Shown: positions 30,514-43,449, counted from the first letter of the stretch. The stretch: 64,000 nt of DNA from Verrucomicrobiota bacterium (GCA_016871445.1 VHDH01000003.1:15299-79298); one strand, 5' to 3'. Numbers and translations: made by a program. The notes: a model not told the origin generated them from the sequence alone.

Positions 30514-31890
30514 CTACGGCGTCCGCTCGCCCGGCGGGATGTGGATCACCGTCAGCGCGCAGGAATCCCAAACTTTGGTGTCCCGACTGCAATTCCAAGT
30601 GACGTAAAGCGTCTCGCCCTTCGCATCGAGGGCCACGCTGTAGGTGCCGCGGGGCGTCACGCCGTATTTCTGGTGATAGAACGGGTGCAGGAACGCAATG
30701 ACCTTCCGCGTCTTGGTCTTGGTGTCGTATTGCACGACCGCCGAGTTGTCCGTCTCGCTGCCGCCATGCGCGCCGGGCACGTAATAGACAAAGCGCCCGG
30801 TCGGGTCAGCATCCAGCGTGGTAATGTATTGGTTCACGCCCACGGAGGCAGGGCCGAGCACTTCGATGCGCTCGGTCTTCGGGTGGAAGGCGTAGAGCTG
30901 CGACTCCGTGCCCTTCACCGGATGCGGCACGGTGTAAATGATGCCCTGGGGGGTCTCGTCGCTCGCCGCGCGGAGACCGATGGCGCCGGGGACGGGCGTG
31001 GGTTTGCCTGGTTGTGCCGGATCGAAACGCACGAGCTCGTTGCCGTGGAGCGAATCCACGTTGAACCAGACTCGGCCCGTGCTGGCCGAGAAGATCATCG
31101 CCCGCGCCGGCCCGCCGAAGCCGGACCAGATCATCTTCTTCGCCGCGAGGTCGTAGGCGAAGAACGTCACGCTCTTCTCACCCGCACGCGTCTCCGGCTC
31201 GGTGCCGCCGTAGAAGATGAGCCGTTGCGGATCGGTCAAGCCAGTCGGAATGCAATGTCCGGGCACGGGGCCCTCGGCGATAATGTCCGCCTGCGCCGTC
31301 GCGGGATGCACGCGGATTAGCCAGTCGCCTTTGTAATCCTTGTCACCATCGGTTGCCCGCGTGCCGCCGCGATGCGTGCCGCAGTAGATCCAACCATCGC
31401 GTCCCAGCGCGAGCTGCGTGTGGATTTTGCCCGGCGTGTAGCGGCTGGCGGGCAGATTGAGCAGTTTCTTTACATCGACGAGCAGGCGGAACTTCCTCGT
31501 GGCGGGGTCAAACTCATATATGAATGCCGAACCGCTGGGCGCGATGTGATCGCCGATACTCGCATAATATTTGCCATTGGCGAACAGGCTGTCGCCCCAG
31601 TTGGACCAAGGGTTGCCGCGGTAGGTCTGCCCCGGGAAGTAAGCGAAGTCCACGGTCGGTGGCGTCTTGGCGATGGCGACACCCGGCAGCAACGTGGCCG
31701 GCGGCTGGAGAAATTCCGGCGTGGTGTCCGTGACCATCTCCTTCCCACCCGGTAGCACGGGCGGATAAGCCACCTCGGGGTCAGCCTTGGGTTTAGGCTT
31801 CGCGGCCTTCGGTGTGGCGGGCTTGGGAGTCTGGGCGGAAAGAGTTAGGGCGCACGCAAGCGAAGCGACCAGCAGCAGCGCGGGTTTCAT
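30514..31890 (-). CDS. Secreted hypothetical protein (probable beta-propeller)
   Basis: ATG at 31890 gives the signal peptide [20 protein letters not shown], followed by a P/K/A-rich linker. Repeated strand-rich segments follow. I recognise no catalytic motif. Confidence 0.65.
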   Translation of the reverse strand: MKPALLLVASLACALTLSAQTPKPATPKAAKPKPKADPEVAYPPVLPGGKEMVTDTTPEFLQPPATLLPGVAIAKTPPTVDFAYFPGQTYRGNPWSNWGDSLFANGKYYASIGDHIAPSGSAFIYEFDPATRKFRLLVDVKKLLNLPASRYTPGKIHTQLALGRDGWIYCGTHRGGTRATDGDKDYKGDWLIRVHPATAQADIIAEGPVPGHCIPTGLTDPQRLIFYGGTEPETRAGEKSVTFFAYDLAAKKMIWSGFGGPARAMIFSASTGRVWFNVDSLHGNELVRFDPAQPGKPTPVPGAIGLRAASDETPQGIIYTVPHPVKGTESQLYAFHPKTERIEVLGPASVGVNQYITTLDADPTGRFVYYVPGAHGGSETDNSAVVQYDTKTKTRKVIAFLHPFYHQKYGVTPRGTYSVALDAKGETLYVTWNCSRDTKVWDSCALTVIHIPPGERTP

Positions 31891-31958
31891 ATTGCAAGCT
31901 TCGACTGCGGAGGTGGAAACGAGCTTCACGAGAAGCGCGCCGGTGCTACGCTCCGCCC

Positions 31959-33518
31959 ATGTCACTGCGTTGCCTGCTCGCTCTGCTCTGCCTCGTTCCA
32001 TTAGTCCGCGCCGCCGAGCGCCCGCCGAACATCCTGTTCGCTATCGCCGATGACTGGGGCGCGCACGCGGGCGCTTACGGGCACCAGTGGGTCAAGACCC
32101 CGCACTTCGACCGCGTGGCGAAAGACGGCCTGCTCTTCACCCGCGCCTTCACGCCGAACGCCAAGTGCGCTCCGTCGCGCGCATCCATCCTCACCGGACG
32201 CAACTCGTGGCAGCTCAAGGAGGCCGCGAATCACATTTGTTACTTCCCGCCCGAGTTCAAAGGTTGGGGCGAGGCACTCGCGGAAAACGGCTGGACCGTC
32301 GGCCACACGACAAAAGGCTGGGGGCCGGGCGTCGCCACGAACGCGCAAGGCCAAGCCCGCCAGATGACCGGCAAAGCGTTCAACGCGAAGAAGGCCGCGC
32401 CGCCCACCAGCGGCATCGGCAACGCCGACTACGCTGCGAACTTCACCGACTTCCTCGACACGACCACGAAGGACAAACCGTGGGCCTTCTGGTATGGCGC
32501 AACTGAACCGCATCGCGGCTACGAGTTCGGCTCTGGCGTAGCGAAGGGCGGCAAGAAACTCGTCGACATCGACCGCGTGCCGCGCTACTGGCCCGACAAC
32601 GAAACGACCCGCCACGACATGCTCGACTACGCGTTCGAGGTCGAGCACTTCGACCGCCACCTCGGCCGGATGCTCGCCGAGTTGGAGCGGCGCGGCTTGC
32701 TGGAGCACACGCTCGTGGTCGTCACCGCCGACCACGGCTGGCCCTTCCCGCGCGGCAAGGGCAGCGCCTACTTCGATTCGAACCACGTCCCCTTGGCCGC
32801 GATGTGGAAGGGCGGCATCACGAAACCCGGCCGCGTGGTCAACGACTTCGTCAGCTTCGTTGACCTCGCGCCCACGTTCCTCGAAGTCGCCGGCCTGCCG
32901 TGGGCCAAGTCCGGCATGGCCCCGAGCCCCGGCCGCAGCCTCACGGACATCTTCCGCTCCGAGAAGTCCGGCCAAGTCAACCCCGCGCGCGACTTCGTCC
33001 TCGTGGGCATGGAGCGCCACGACATCGGTCGCCCCGGCGACGTGGGCTATCCCATCCGCGGCATCCTCAAGGCCGATTCACTCTTCCTCCAAAACTTCGA
33101 GCCGTCGCGCTGGCCCGCGTGCAACCCTGAGACCGGCTACCTCAACGTGGATGCCAGCCCGACCAAGTCCTTCATCCTCGACGCGCACCGCCGCAGCCCG
33201 AACGACATCCCGTGGGCGCTGTGTTTTGGCAAGCGACCTGCCGAGGAACTCTATGACCTGCGTGCTGACCCGGATTGCGTCGTGAACCTCGCCACGAGCG
33301 ACACCGCCAAAGCCCGCCTCGCCGCGCTGAAGGCGGAACTCCATGCCAAGCTACGCGCCGAAGGCGACCCGCGCATGGAAGGCAAAGGCGACGTGTTCGA
33401 CAAATACCCGCACGCGAACAAAGGTCACCAAAACTTTTACGAGCGGTTTATGAAAGGCGAACCGCTCAAAGCTGGCTGGGTGAACCCGACCGACTTCGAA
33501 AAAAAGCCGCTAGACTGA
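31959..33518 (+). CDS. Sulfatase, N-sulfoglucosamine sulfohydrolase (heparan-N-sulfatase)-like
   Basis: Signal peptide [37 protein letters not shown], and [12 protein letters not shown] (C-x-P-S-R). ATG at 31959 is preferred over the extended ORF start. Confidence 0.9.
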   Translation: MSLRCLLALLCLVPLVRAAERPPNILFAIADDWGAHAGAYGHQWVKTPHFDRVAKDGLLFTRAFTPNAKCAPSRASILTGRNSWQLKEAANHICYFPPEFKGWGEALAENGWTVGHTTKGWGPGVATNAQGQARQMTGKAFNAKKAAPPTSGIGNADYAANFTDFLDTTTKDKPWAFWYGATEPHRGYEFGSGVAKGGKKLVDIDRVPRYWPDNETTRHDMLDYAFEVEHFDRHLGRMLAELERRGLLEHTLVVVTADHGWPFPRGKGSAYFDSNHVPLAAMWKGGITKPGRVVNDFVSFVDLAPTFLEVAGLPWAKSGMAPSPGRSLTDIFRSEKSGQVNPARDFVLVGMERHDIGRPGDVGYPIRGILKADSLFLQNFEPSRWPACNPETGYLNVDASPTKSFILDAHRRSPNDIPWALCFGKRPAEELYDLRADPDCVVNLATSDTAKARLAALKAELHAKLRAEGDPRMEGKGDVFDKYPHANKGHQNFYERFMKGEPLKAGWVNPTDFEKKPLD

Positions 33519-33588
33519 TGGCGGGTTGGCGGACATACCGCCAGACAGCTATTTCTAATCCAACGCGGGGCTCACCCGCTAATGCGGT

Positions 33589-34086
33589 TCACAACTTGCT
33601 AATCTCCTCCCGCAGAGCTGAAAGGTCTGGATCGTTCAACGCGAGCAGCTTTATCTCGTCTTTTTCGCCGCGCGCGATGGCCTTGCGTAACCAATGCCGA
33701 GCTTCGACGGGGTCGCCAAGTTGGCAGGCGTAACAGGCAAGGTTGTAGGGAATGAGGCTGGCATCGGGAAATTTTTTAAGCGCTGGTAGCAGTGCCTCAC
33801 GCGCCTCTTGCGTGCGGCGCAACTCATGCAAGCTGTAACTGCGATCTACCCAGCCAGACATTCGGTCGGGAGCGGTTTGTAACTCCATTTCCGCAACGCG
33901 TAATGCTTCATCCCAATGACGCTCCGCGGCGTGGATGCGCCACCAGACCGCAAGCACCTCGGGATGGCACGCATTCGCGGTTGTGACCTGCTGTAACTCC
34001 TCCCGTGCGCTGCTAGCTAGCCGGAGATCCAACCAACCGAGTGCTGCGTTAACTAGGTGTTTGTCAGGGTAACCAAGAACGCTCAC
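33589..34086 (-). CDS. TPR-like repeat protein
   Basis: 165-aa ORF (GTG start) with helical repeat periodicity and W/A/L spacing typical of TPR motifs. Function unknown. Confidence 0.55.
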   Translation of the reverse strand: MSVLGYPDKHLVNAALGWLDLRLASSAREELQQVTTANACHPEVLAVWWRIHAAERHWDEALRVAEMELQTAPDRMSGWVDRSYSLHELRRTQEAREALLPALKKFPDASLIPYNLACYACQLGDPVEARHWLRKAIARGEKDEIKLLALNDPDLSALREEISKL

Positions 34087-34161
34087 GGGAAAAAGTTAAC
34101 CATGCACAGCTGGCTTGGCAAAAATCTTTTCGCCGCGGCACTTGGTGGGTAGAACTCGGTC

Positions 34162-35787
34162 ATGCCCAGCCAGCGCCCAGCAAAGCCGGAAAAAAAGTTC
34201 ATCACCCAACATGCATTTCTCAACTTTCTAAACGATAACCTCCCGGCTGCCCGCCGCTGGGTTACAGGTTGGAAGTTGAGCATCGGACGACGGGTGTTTT
34301 CCGCTCTGGTCCTGAGTTCGTTCGCAGCTGCCAGCGCCACCGCAACGACCAATGCCATCCCCTCGCTCGCCGCGTTGCGCTTAAACCTGAACGCGAGCGT
34401 CGAGCATCCGCGTTTGGCCGCTGCGCAGTTTGGGGTCAAAGTCATCTCGCTCGATACTGGCAAGACGCTCTTCGAGCACAATAGCGGCAAGCTTCTCAAA
34501 CCCGCGTCCAACGCCAAGCTCTACACCGGCGCACTTGCGCTGGATCGCCTCGGCCCCACATTCCGGATCCGCACGTCCTGCTATGCCTCCGTAAAACCGG
34601 ACGCGGACGGCACGCTGGCGGGCGACTTGACGATTTACGGACGTGGCGATTTCTCCATGGCCGCACGCTTTAACGGCGGCGACTACACGAAGTCGCTGGA
34701 GCCGCTCGTCAACGCGCTCGTTAACGCAGGCGTTAAGCGCGTCGTCGGCGACCTCGTGGGCGACGAAAGTTTTTTCCGTGGCCCGCCCTTCGGCAGCGCG
34801 TGGACATGGGACGACTTGAACTACTATTACGGGGCGGAAGTCTCGGCGCTAACGCACGAGGACAACGTCGTTGACCTCGCCTTCAAGCCCGCGCTCGCGC
34901 TCGGCCAACCCGTCACGTTCACGACCAAGCCCGCGACGCAATTCCTCCAGTTCATCAACCGCACGACCACTGTCACCAATGGCGGGCGGCGCAGCGTGGA
35001 ACTGTACCGCCCGTTGGCCCAGCAGGCAGTTTATCTCCACGGCTCGCTGCCGCTGGGCGACCGGGAGTTGACCGACGCGATGCCCGTGCCGCGCCCGGCA
35101 CTCTGGTTTCTCACGCAACTCCGGGCTGCGCTGGCGCAGCGAGGCATCGTCTGCACCGGGCAACTCCGCACGCGTGATTGGCTCGCAGCTGAGGCTGATC
35201 CCTTGGACTACAAAAAGCAGTTGGAAATCGCCTTTATCGAGTCGCGCCCCATGAGCGAGTTGGTGGAAAAAATGATGAAACCTTCGCAAAACTTATATGC
35301 ACAATTGCTGCTGCTCCAAGTCGGCGCGCGCACGCAGCGGGCGGGGCAGACGACGGAGGACGCGGGCCTCGCCGAGATGCAGAAGTTCCTTGCCGAGGCC
35401 GGCGTGAAACGCGGTTCTGTGTTGCTGGAGGAAGGCTCCGGACTCTCGCGTGGTTGCCTGCTGATGCCGGAGGCGACCGTGCAACTGCTCCGCCACATGC
35501 ACAAGCATCCCGCCGCCGAAGCCTTCCGCGCGTCATTGCCCGTCGCGGGAATAGACGGCACTCTGAAGGCGCGTTTCGCGGGCACCGCCGCCGTGCGCAA
35601 CATGCGCGCCAAGACTGGCAGTCTTCGCTATGTGAGCAGCCTTTCTGGCTACGTCACCACTGCTGCACAGGAACGTCTCGCTTTTTGCCTGATGCTCAAC
35701 GCCTACAACAATTCGGGCATGAGCGGGCGAGAGGTGATTGATGAATTTGCCGTGCATTTAGCAAATTTTGCTGGCCGGTCGGAGTAG
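34162..35787 (+). CDS. dacB: D-alanyl-D-alanine carboxypeptidase/endopeptidase, PBP4 (S13) family
   Basis: Active-site motifs PASNAKLYT (SxxK), SQN in KPSQNLYA (SxN) and KTGSL (KTG), in the order and spacing of PBP4. Confidence 0.85.
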   Translation: MPSQRPAKPEKKFITQHAFLNFLNDNLPAARRWVTGWKLSIGRRVFSALVLSSFAAASATATTNAIPSLAALRLNLNASVEHPRLAAAQFGVKVISLDTGKTLFEHNSGKLLKPASNAKLYTGALALDRLGPTFRIRTSCYASVKPDADGTLAGDLTIYGRGDFSMAARFNGGDYTKSLEPLVNALVNAGVKRVVGDLVGDESFFRGPPFGSAWTWDDLNYYYGAEVSALTHEDNVVDLAFKPALALGQPVTFTTKPATQFLQFINRTTTVTNGGRRSVELYRPLAQQAVYLHGSLPLGDRELTDAMPVPRPALWFLTQLRAALAQRGIVCTGQLRTRDWLAAEADPLDYKKQLEIAFIESRPMSELVEKMMKPSQNLYAQLLLLQVGARTQRAGQTTEDAGLAEMQKFLAEAGVKRGSVLLEEGSGLSRGCLLMPEATVQLLRHMHKHPAAEAFRASLPVAGIDGTLKARFAGTAAVRNMRAKTGSLRYVSSLSGYVTTAAQERLAFCLMLNAYNNSGMSGREVIDEFAVHLANFAGRSE

Positions 35788-35920
35788 CCAAGGCGCGCTT
35801 GTCGTCGGAAGCGTTTCGCCCGTAAGGAGCCCCCTCTGTGAGGGCATAAGATGGACCACGTCACTAAGACAATCGAGAACGCCAGCGGACGACTTCAAGG
35901 CAACGAGTCAGCAAGCGCAA

Positions 35921-36973
35921 TTAGAGCCGCAGCTTGAGCAGGCCCACTTCGAGAGCGAGCGGCTCGTTGACGTTCGTGCGTAGCAAGAGTTGCGTCTGCT
36001 CGATGACCCGGAGGTTTTCCAATGCCTCCGCTGGACTGAGGCGTGCACAAACGGTTTCCGCCGTGGGGGTGAGATCGGGAAAAGCCACAAGTTCTGGCTC
36101 GGCCCCGAGTTTACGCAGCCAAACGTCGCGCAGCCACCATTGCAAAGTAAGCAGCAGATCCGCGCGCTGACGGCGATATTCAGCCTCAATGGCCGCCGTG
36201 AGCTCGTCTTCCCACTTTTCCTGAAGTTTCGGCTCCGCATCGGCGTAGCGCTGCAAGGGCGAGCGGGCCGTGAGCGTCTCGGTAAGGGACTCCTTCATCG
36301 CTGCAAGGCGAGCGAGCAACTGGCCGAGCACGCGATAACGGGCTAGCAGGCCAGCCTTTGGGGCAGCCAGCAAGGCGGTGAAATCGGCCAGCCAGGCGAC
36401 GTGCTCGGGCGCGAACTTACGTCCGCCCGTGCCGCCAAGGTTTAACCGCAGACAGCGTGACTGGATGGTGTCGAGAATTTGCTGCGGCTGCGTGGTGAGC
36501 AAAATGATCACGGAGTTGGCGGGCGGCTCTTCGAGGGTCTTGAGGAAGGAATTGCAGGCATTCTCATTCATCCGATCGGCCTCAACGATGACTCCCACTT
36601 TACGTCCACCCTCATAAGGCTTCATGTGGATGAAATCGTTCATCACAATCGGCGGGCTGTCCTCGCGCCGGGTAAACTGGCCGATTTTCAGGAGGCGCAA
36701 CTTGGATTCGGGCCGCACAAAAAACAGGTCTGGAAAGTTACCATCATTTACTCGCAAACAACGGCTGCAAACATCACAGCAGTCCACCGCTGCGCCGCCG
36801 ATACGCCGCGGGTTTTGACAATTCAGCGTCTTGGCCAATGTGCGGGCCATACCCTCCAATTCTTGCAGATCGTCGCCCGTGAACAGGTAGGCATGTGCCA
36901 ACCGTCCGCGCTCCAAGCTGCGCTGGAGCAGCGCAACTCCCTGTTGCTGAGCAGGAAAATCCGTGAACGCCAT
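35921..36973 (-). CDS. holB: DNA polymerase III delta-prime subunit
   Basis: N-terminus ...LERGRLAHAYLFTGDDL, a Cys cluster (CQNP..CDVCSRC), and the SRC motif in QSRCLRL. ATG at 36973. Confidence 0.82.
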   Translation of the reverse strand: MAFTDFPAQQQGVALLQRSLERGRLAHAYLFTGDDLQELEGMARTLAKTLNCQNPRRIGGAAVDCCDVCSRCLRVNDGNFPDLFFVRPESKLRLLKIGQFTRREDSPPIVMNDFIHMKPYEGGRKVGVIVEADRMNENACNSFLKTLEEPPANSVIILLTTQPQQILDTIQSRCLRLNLGGTGGRKFAPEHVAWLADFTALLAAPKAGLLARYRVLGQLLARLAAMKESLTETLTARSPLQRYADAEPKLQEKWEDELTAAIEAEYRRQRADLLLTLQWWLRDVWLRKLGAEPELVAFPDLTPTAETVCARLSPAEALENLRVIEQTQLLLRTNVNEPLALEVGLLKLRL

Positions 36974-37056
36974 GTGCGGATTCGACTGCGGGCCGTTGGC
37001 TTTGGCGAGGCGAAATTGCGCGGCAGAAATTTGCCTGCCGGTGGGACAATGCCGGC

Positions 37057-39009
37057 CTACTGAGTGGCCTCTATTTCCGCCAGCTTCTTCGCCGCCTCCT
37101 CCCACTCAGCGGTGAGCGTTTCCAATTGATGTTGCACGCCCATCAGCTCGCGGTTCAGGTGCATCGCCGCACCGGCCTTCGCGTAAGTCTCGGGATTTTC
37201 AAGTTCGACAACTAGGTTCGCCTGCCGTGTTTCGCAGTCGGCGATATCCTTTTCCAAGCGCGCGACCAGCTGCTGCCGGGCCTTGCGCTCGGAGGCGCGC
37301 GCTTGGCGTGCCTGCGCCTCGAGGCGCTTCTGCTCTTTGCGGTCCACACCAAGGACGGCGGCGGGATGGGCAGCCACGCGCGATTGTGGGCGGTTGTCGC
37401 TCAGGCCAGCGGTCAACGCCACGCGTGCAGACGCGGCCTTGGTTTTGTCGAGGTAGTATTGATAGTCGCCAGCGTAGGGCGTCAGCACCCCGGCGTTGAC
37501 GTGAAGAACCTTCTTGGCCAGCGCACGGATGAAATAAACGTCATGGCTGATGAAGATGATGGTACCCGCAAACTGCTGCAGCGCGGTGATGAGCGCGTCG
37601 ATGCTCGCCATGTCGAGATGCGTGGTCGGCTCGTCCATCAGCAGCAGATTTGGCGGATCGAGCAACAGCTTCACCAACGCCAGCCGACTCTTCTCGCCGC
37701 CGCTAAGGACACCCACCTTCTTAAACACGTCGTCGCCGCGGAAGAGGAAACAGCCGAGCACCGTGCGGATGTATTGCTCAGTCACGCGCTGCGGCGTGTC
37801 GCTTGCCTCGTCCAACACGGTGCGCGCCTCATTGAGCATTTCGACGCGGTATTGGGAGTAGTAGCCAGACTTGGCGTTGTGTCCCAGCAAGCGCTCGCCT
37901 GCGCCGGGCGAGAGCACGCCAGCTAACAGCTTCAGCAACGTGCTCTTGCCTGCGCCGTTTGGCCCGACCAGCACGACGCGCTCGTCGCGCTCGGCCTCGA
38001 AGTTTGCGCCCCGATAGACAGACTTCTCACCATAACTAAAATGCACATCCTTGAGTGTGACGACCTTGAGCCCACTGCGTTGGGGTTGCGGAAAGCTAAA
38101 GCTCACGGTGGAGGCCGCCGCCTCAGGAGCCTCAATTTTTTCCATGCGCTCAATTTGCTTAAGCTTGGCCTGTGCTTGTGAGGCTTTACTGGCTTTAGCC
38201 CGGAAGCGGTCGGCGAATTCCTGCAGGCGTTCGATCTCTTTTTGTTGGTTCTTAAAGGCCGCCAGCTGCTGTTGCTCGGCGGCAGCGCGCTGTGCCAGGA
38301 AGTCGTCGTAATTGCCGCGGAAGCGGTGGAGTTTCCCGCTACGTATTTCCACGATGCTGCCGACGAGTTGGTTGAGAAACTCCCGATCATGCGAGATCAT
38401 CAGGATCGCGCCGGGGTAACCTTTCAAATAGTCTTGAAACCAAAGGAGTGCCTCGAGATCGAGGTGATTCGTCGGCTCATCAAGCATTAGCAGGTCCGGC
38501 TCCTGCGTGAGCAATCGGGCCAGGTGAGCGCGCATCACCCAGCCGCCGGACATCTCCCGCGCAGGCCGGTCGAAGTCCGCATCACGAAAGCTAAGGCCCT
38601 TGAGGATGGACTTGGCGCGCGCCTCAATCTGGTATCCCCCAAGCTCGTTGAACCGGGCGTGCAGGTCGTCTTCGTGGTTCAAGTCGTCAGGGTGCGCGGC
38701 GTCCCAAGCCTTGAGCTTGCGGCTAACCTCGGCGAATTCGGGTGAAATCGCCGTCGCTAGCTCGACGACCGTCTCCTCGCCGGCGGGCGCGCTCTCTTGC
38801 GGCAGGAAGCCTAATGTGGTGCTGCGCTGGAGCGCGACCTCGCCTGCATCTGGCTGTTCCTGCTGGAGCACGAGCGAAAAGAATGTGGACTTGCCCGCGC
38901 CATTGGGCCCCACGAGCCCGATACGATCGCCGCGGTTCACCTGTAGCGACACGCCGCTGAACAACGTACGGCCGCTGTAGGACTTGGAGAGTTCAGATAT
39001 CGTCAACAT
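37057..39009 (-). CDS. ABC-F family ATPase (two ABC domains plus C-terminal coiled coil)
   Basis: Two Walker A sites (GPNGAGKST twice), two signatures (MSGGWVMR, LSGGEKSRL), an inter-domain linker, and no TM domain. Confidence 0.92.
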   Translation of the reverse strand: MLTISELSKSYSGRTLFSGVSLQVNRGDRIGLVGPNGAGKSTFFSLVLQQEQPDAGEVALQRSTTLGFLPQESAPAGEETVVELATAISPEFAEVSRKLKAWDAAHPDDLNHEDDLHARFNELGGYQIEARAKSILKGLSFRDADFDRPAREMSGGWVMRAHLARLLTQEPDLLMLDEPTNHLDLEALLWFQDYLKGYPGAILMISHDREFLNQLVGSIVEIRSGKLHRFRGNYDDFLAQRAAAEQQQLAAFKNQQKEIERLQEFADRFRAKASKASQAQAKLKQIERMEKIEAPEAAASTVSFSFPQPQRSGLKVVTLKDVHFSYGEKSVYRGANFEAERDERVVLVGPNGAGKSTLLKLLAGVLSPGAGERLLGHNAKSGYYSQYRVEMLNEARTVLDEASDTPQRVTEQYIRTVLGCFLFRGDDVFKKVGVLSGGEKSRLALVKLLLDPPNLLLMDEPTTHLDMASIDALITALQQFAGTIIFISHDVYFIRALAKKVLHVNAGVLTPYAGDYQYYLDKTKAASARVALTAGLSDNRPQSRVAAHPAAVLGVDRKEQKRLEAQARQARASERKARQQLVARLEKDIADCETRQANLVVELENPETYAKAGAAMHLNRELMGVQHQLETLTAEWEEAAKKLAEIEATQ

Positions 39010-39198
39010 CCCGAGCCGGAGATGTTGCGGAGGTCGCGCACGGTGGGCAAGCAGAGTAATGAGCTACTTGCCTGCCAAATTTCTGGCCATATTTTTCGCT
39101 GAGCCTCAGAACTCGCTGGCGGGCCAAGGTAAAAAGTTATTATTACTGTCCCGATGGACGGCTCTGATGGAATTCGTTAAACCTTTTCGGCCATTTCC

Positions 39199-40227
39199 AT
39201 GATCAGCCCGCCTGCCACTATCGCTGACCTCGAAGACCGCCTCAGCGAGCCAACGCCCGGCGTGATCGAGGCACTGCACACGTTGTCGGGCGACATAATG
39301 TTCCTTGGCGTGGCCGGCAAGATGGGGCCGACGCTCGCCCGCATGGCTCGGCGTGCCTCGGACGCGGCCGGCACGAGACGCCGCGTCATTGGCGTGGCAC
39401 GCTTCACAGAGCCAGCACATCACGAGGCGTTGCTCGCCCACGGTGTCGAGCCAATCCGCTGCAACCTATTGGATGAGGCGGCGTTGGCCCGCCTGCCCGA
39501 GGTGGAGAACATTGTTTATTGCGCCGCACGCAAGTTCGGATCGACTGGCGATGAGCCGCTGACTTGGGCGATGAACGCCTGGCTGCCAGCCTTGGTCTGC
39601 CAGAAGTTTCCGCGCAGTCGTATTGCCGCATTTTCCACCGGCAACGTCTATGGCCTCGCGCCTGTGAGCAGTGGTGGCAGCGTTGAGACCGACCCACTGC
39701 AGCCCTTGGGCGAATACGCCATGAGCTGCCTCGGCCGCGAGCGAATGTTTGAGCACTTCAGCCGTGAACTGAGCATCCCCGTTGTGTTGCTGCGGCTGAA
39801 CTACGCCTGCGAGTTGCGATATGGTGTTCTCGTGGACCTCGCCCGTCGGATTTGGACCGGCCAGCCCGTGGATCTCTGCATGGGCTGGTTCAACTGCCTT
39901 TGGCAGGGCGATGCCAACGCGATGACCCTGCAAACTTTTGCGCTGGCCGCCACGCCGCCGCGCGTGCTCAACCTCACTGGACCGGAGTTGCTCAATGTCC
40001 GTGCCGTCGCCGAGCAACTCGCCCGCCGCATGAGCCGCCCGATAACCTTCACCGGCAGTGAGAACGACTCCGCGTTGCTCAACAACGCCGCCGCCGCCCT
40101 CACCTGCTTCGGCTTACCGCGCGTGCCCGCCGCCGAGTTGCTCAACTGGGTGGCGGATTGGGTGATGCGCGGTGGTGCTCACCTCGGAAAACCGACTCAT
40201 TTCGAGAGTCGCGACGGACGCTTCTAA
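39199..40227 (+). CDS. NAD-dependent epimerase/dehydratase family protein
   Basis: Rossmann-type FLGVAGKMGPTLARMA near the N-terminus and SDR-extended length (342 aa). The substrate is unknown. Confidence 0.7.
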   Translation: MISPPATIADLEDRLSEPTPGVIEALHTLSGDIMFLGVAGKMGPTLARMARRASDAAGTRRRVIGVARFTEPAHHEALLAHGVEPIRCNLLDEAALARLPEVENIVYCAARKFGSTGDEPLTWAMNAWLPALVCQKFPRSRIAAFSTGNVYGLAPVSSGGSVETDPLQPLGEYAMSCLGRERMFEHFSRELSIPVVLLRLNYACELRYGVLVDLARRIWTGQPVDLCMGWFNCLWQGDANAMTLQTFALAATPPRVLNLTGPELLNVRAVAEQLARRMSRPITFTGSENDSALLNNAAAALTCFGLPRVPAAELLNWVADWVMRGGAHLGKPTHFESRDGRF

Positions 40228-40284
40228 TCTATCATCCCCGAATTCGTCGTAGACGCTGCGCGACAGGTTGCTTACACCGGAGCC

Positions 40285-41226
40285 ATGCCCAAGAGCGAAT
40301 TGGAGTGCCGCCAAGCAATGAGCACTTCGATAGTGGATAACCAAAGCAGGCTAAACATTAGGCCCAAGGAATTTAAAGATTCATCACTTCGCCTATTGCG
40401 AGGGACTGGGATCGCTACCGCGTTGCTAATCGCGGCAGCGGCCGGTGCGCAAACTCTACGCCTGCCACCGCGCCCCGCAGACGCACCGAATGGCCGCGTT
40501 TTCGCCGAATCGGTGATGGCTTTGGACCGGCCCGCACGCGAGGAACGTGTCGTGGCTGAAATCCTGCGCGGGAATGTACCGAACTTTCTTCGGCGGCTGG
40601 TGCCGGTGTCGCTCACCAATTCCATGGAGGGTGTCACGCACAGCGTTACCGTCTTCGTTGCGCCAGACTATCTTGCGGTGGGCAGCGATGCGGATTACTT
40701 CCTCGCGCCGCTCACGCCTAGCGCCGCCCGCCATATCGCCGGGGCGGTGGGTTGCATATTACCCACGCGTCGGCTCGTAAATGCCATTCACGCCGCCGCG
40801 CCGCTTAAGCTCACGCCACAGCCGATTCCGCCAAGCAAGGAAATGGTCACGATGCCCGTCTTCGCGCGGCACAATGAACTCGTTTGGGAACAGCGCAAGG
40901 CCGCGCTCACCGCGCATCCGCTGGGGACGCTCGTGGCGGGCGATAAGAAGGATGTGGTGATCACGCCGCAACTTGCTGCCAAGCCGGGCAAGGTTGCCAT
41001 TTACGGCTGGCACCGCACAAACGGCGTAGCGATCCAGCCGCTCTACCTCGGTCACGCAGACAGTTGGGCGGACTACAGCCATGGGGTCAGGCTTGTACAG
41101 CGGATGGCGAAACTTAACGGCGAGGAGAAGGTCATCGCGGAAATCCTTGTCGATCCGCAGCTCTGCCAACTATTGAGTGATGAAGGCCCTTTGCATCGGG
41201 CCGAAGATTTACAGTCGCGCCCGTAG
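40285..41226 (+). CDS. Hypothetical exported protein
   Basis: 313-aa ORF with a hydrophobic signal-like segment GIATALLIAAAAGAQT. An alternative ATG is at 40318. No recognisable motif. Confidence 0.55.
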   Translation: MPKSELECRQAMSTSIVDNQSRLNIRPKEFKDSSLRLLRGTGIATALLIAAAAGAQTLRLPPRPADAPNGRVFAESVMALDRPAREERVVAEILRGNVPNFLRRLVPVSLTNSMEGVTHSVTVFVAPDYLAVGSDADYFLAPLTPSAARHIAGAVGCILPTRRLVNAIHAAAPLKLTPQPIPPSKEMVTMPVFARHNELVWEQRKAALTAHPLGTLVAGDKKDVVITPQLAAKPGKVAIYGWHRTNGVAIQPLYLGHADSWADYSHGVRLVQRMAKLNGEEKVIAEILVDPQLCQLLSDEGPLHRAEDLQSRP

Positions 41227-41458
41227 AGAATCATACGCCACAAGGCGCCAGCAAATCGCTGGCACGGTTGAGTGGCATGGAGACAAACTGCGTACTCGCG
41301 GACCGGCTCAGTAACTGCTTTAGGAGAACCTGAAGAAAATCAGCAACCAATGCTGAGCGAACGAAACGGCCTCATTTACTCGAGGCACTGGCCCTCCCCA
41401 GAGTATCTCAGAGGGTGGGTTAAAGGGGATTTTATCCCATTCTAAACGACACCTCGCA

Positions 41459-42016
41459 TCAGGTCTGGGTGATTTTCGCCAGCACGTTGCTCGTGGAACG
41501 GCCCGGCACGCCGGGGAGGATGACCACCCGTCCGCCAGCACTCTCGATGAGCCGGCGCTCAGGTTGGTTGATGGTGTCGATCGAGTAATCACCACCCTTC
41601 GCGTAAATGTCCGGCTTCACCTCAGCAAGAAAGCGCAGCGCGTCGACTTCTTCAAAAACACATATCGCGTCCACCGCCGCGAGCGCCGCCAACACAGTGG
41701 CGCGGTCTTGTTCGGAGTTCACTGGTCGGCCCGAGCCCTTGAGTTGACGCACGGAGGCATCGCTATTTAAACCAATCATCAACGCATCGCCCAGTGCGCG
41801 CGCCGCCGCGAGGTAAGTGACGTGCCCGGCATGTAGGATGTCGAAGCAACCGTTGGTCACCACGAGCCTTTGACCTGCCGCGCGCAGCCGCTCGCGCCAA
41901 GCCGCGACGCTAGCAAACGGAATAATCTTGGATTGGCAGCTCACCAAGAAAAGATGGTGCTGGACGAGGCCATCCTTGGCAAGCAGCGCGGCGGAGAAGA
42001 ATCTTGCTGGCCGCAA
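41459..42016 (-). CDS. D-glycero-beta-D-manno-heptose-1-phosphate adenylyltransferase (RfaE domain II-like cytidylyltransferase)
   Basis: VVTNGCFDILHAGHVTYL (HxGH nucleotidyltransferase motif) and the IGLNSDASVRQLKG..RPVN block. The real start is probably internal (GTG near 41944), because the ORF-track start is a TTG. Confidence 0.82.
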   Translation of the reverse strand: MRPARFFSAALLAKDGLVQHHLFLVSCQSKIIPFASVAAWRERLRAAGQRLVVTNGCFDILHAGHVTYLAAARALGDALMIGLNSDASVRQLKGSGRPVNSEQDRATVLAALAAVDAICVFEEVDALRFLAEVKPDIYAKGGDYSIDTINQPERRLIESAGGRVVILPGVPGRSTSNVLAKITQT

Positions 42017-42067
42017 AAGCCCGCGCCTACACTCCGACCCGCGATTCCGACTTACGCATTACTCGCC

Positions 42068-43336
<1,269 letters not shown>

Positions 43337-43449
43337 GGCGGCGTTCCCCCTTGATCAGCGCCTGAAAAAAGTCGTCAGCGGTTGGGGTTCTTTGTGTGGC
43401 CGCCGAACAGGTTTAGGCGTTGCGTTTTTTTTCGCCCGCTTAGTTTAGC

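Noticed and set aside
33529-33543. Small hairpin GGCGG-acata-CCGCC between the convergent sulfatase and TPR genes, as a possible terminator.
   Set aside because: The stem is short and there is no adjacent T-run on either strand, so it is too weak to call.
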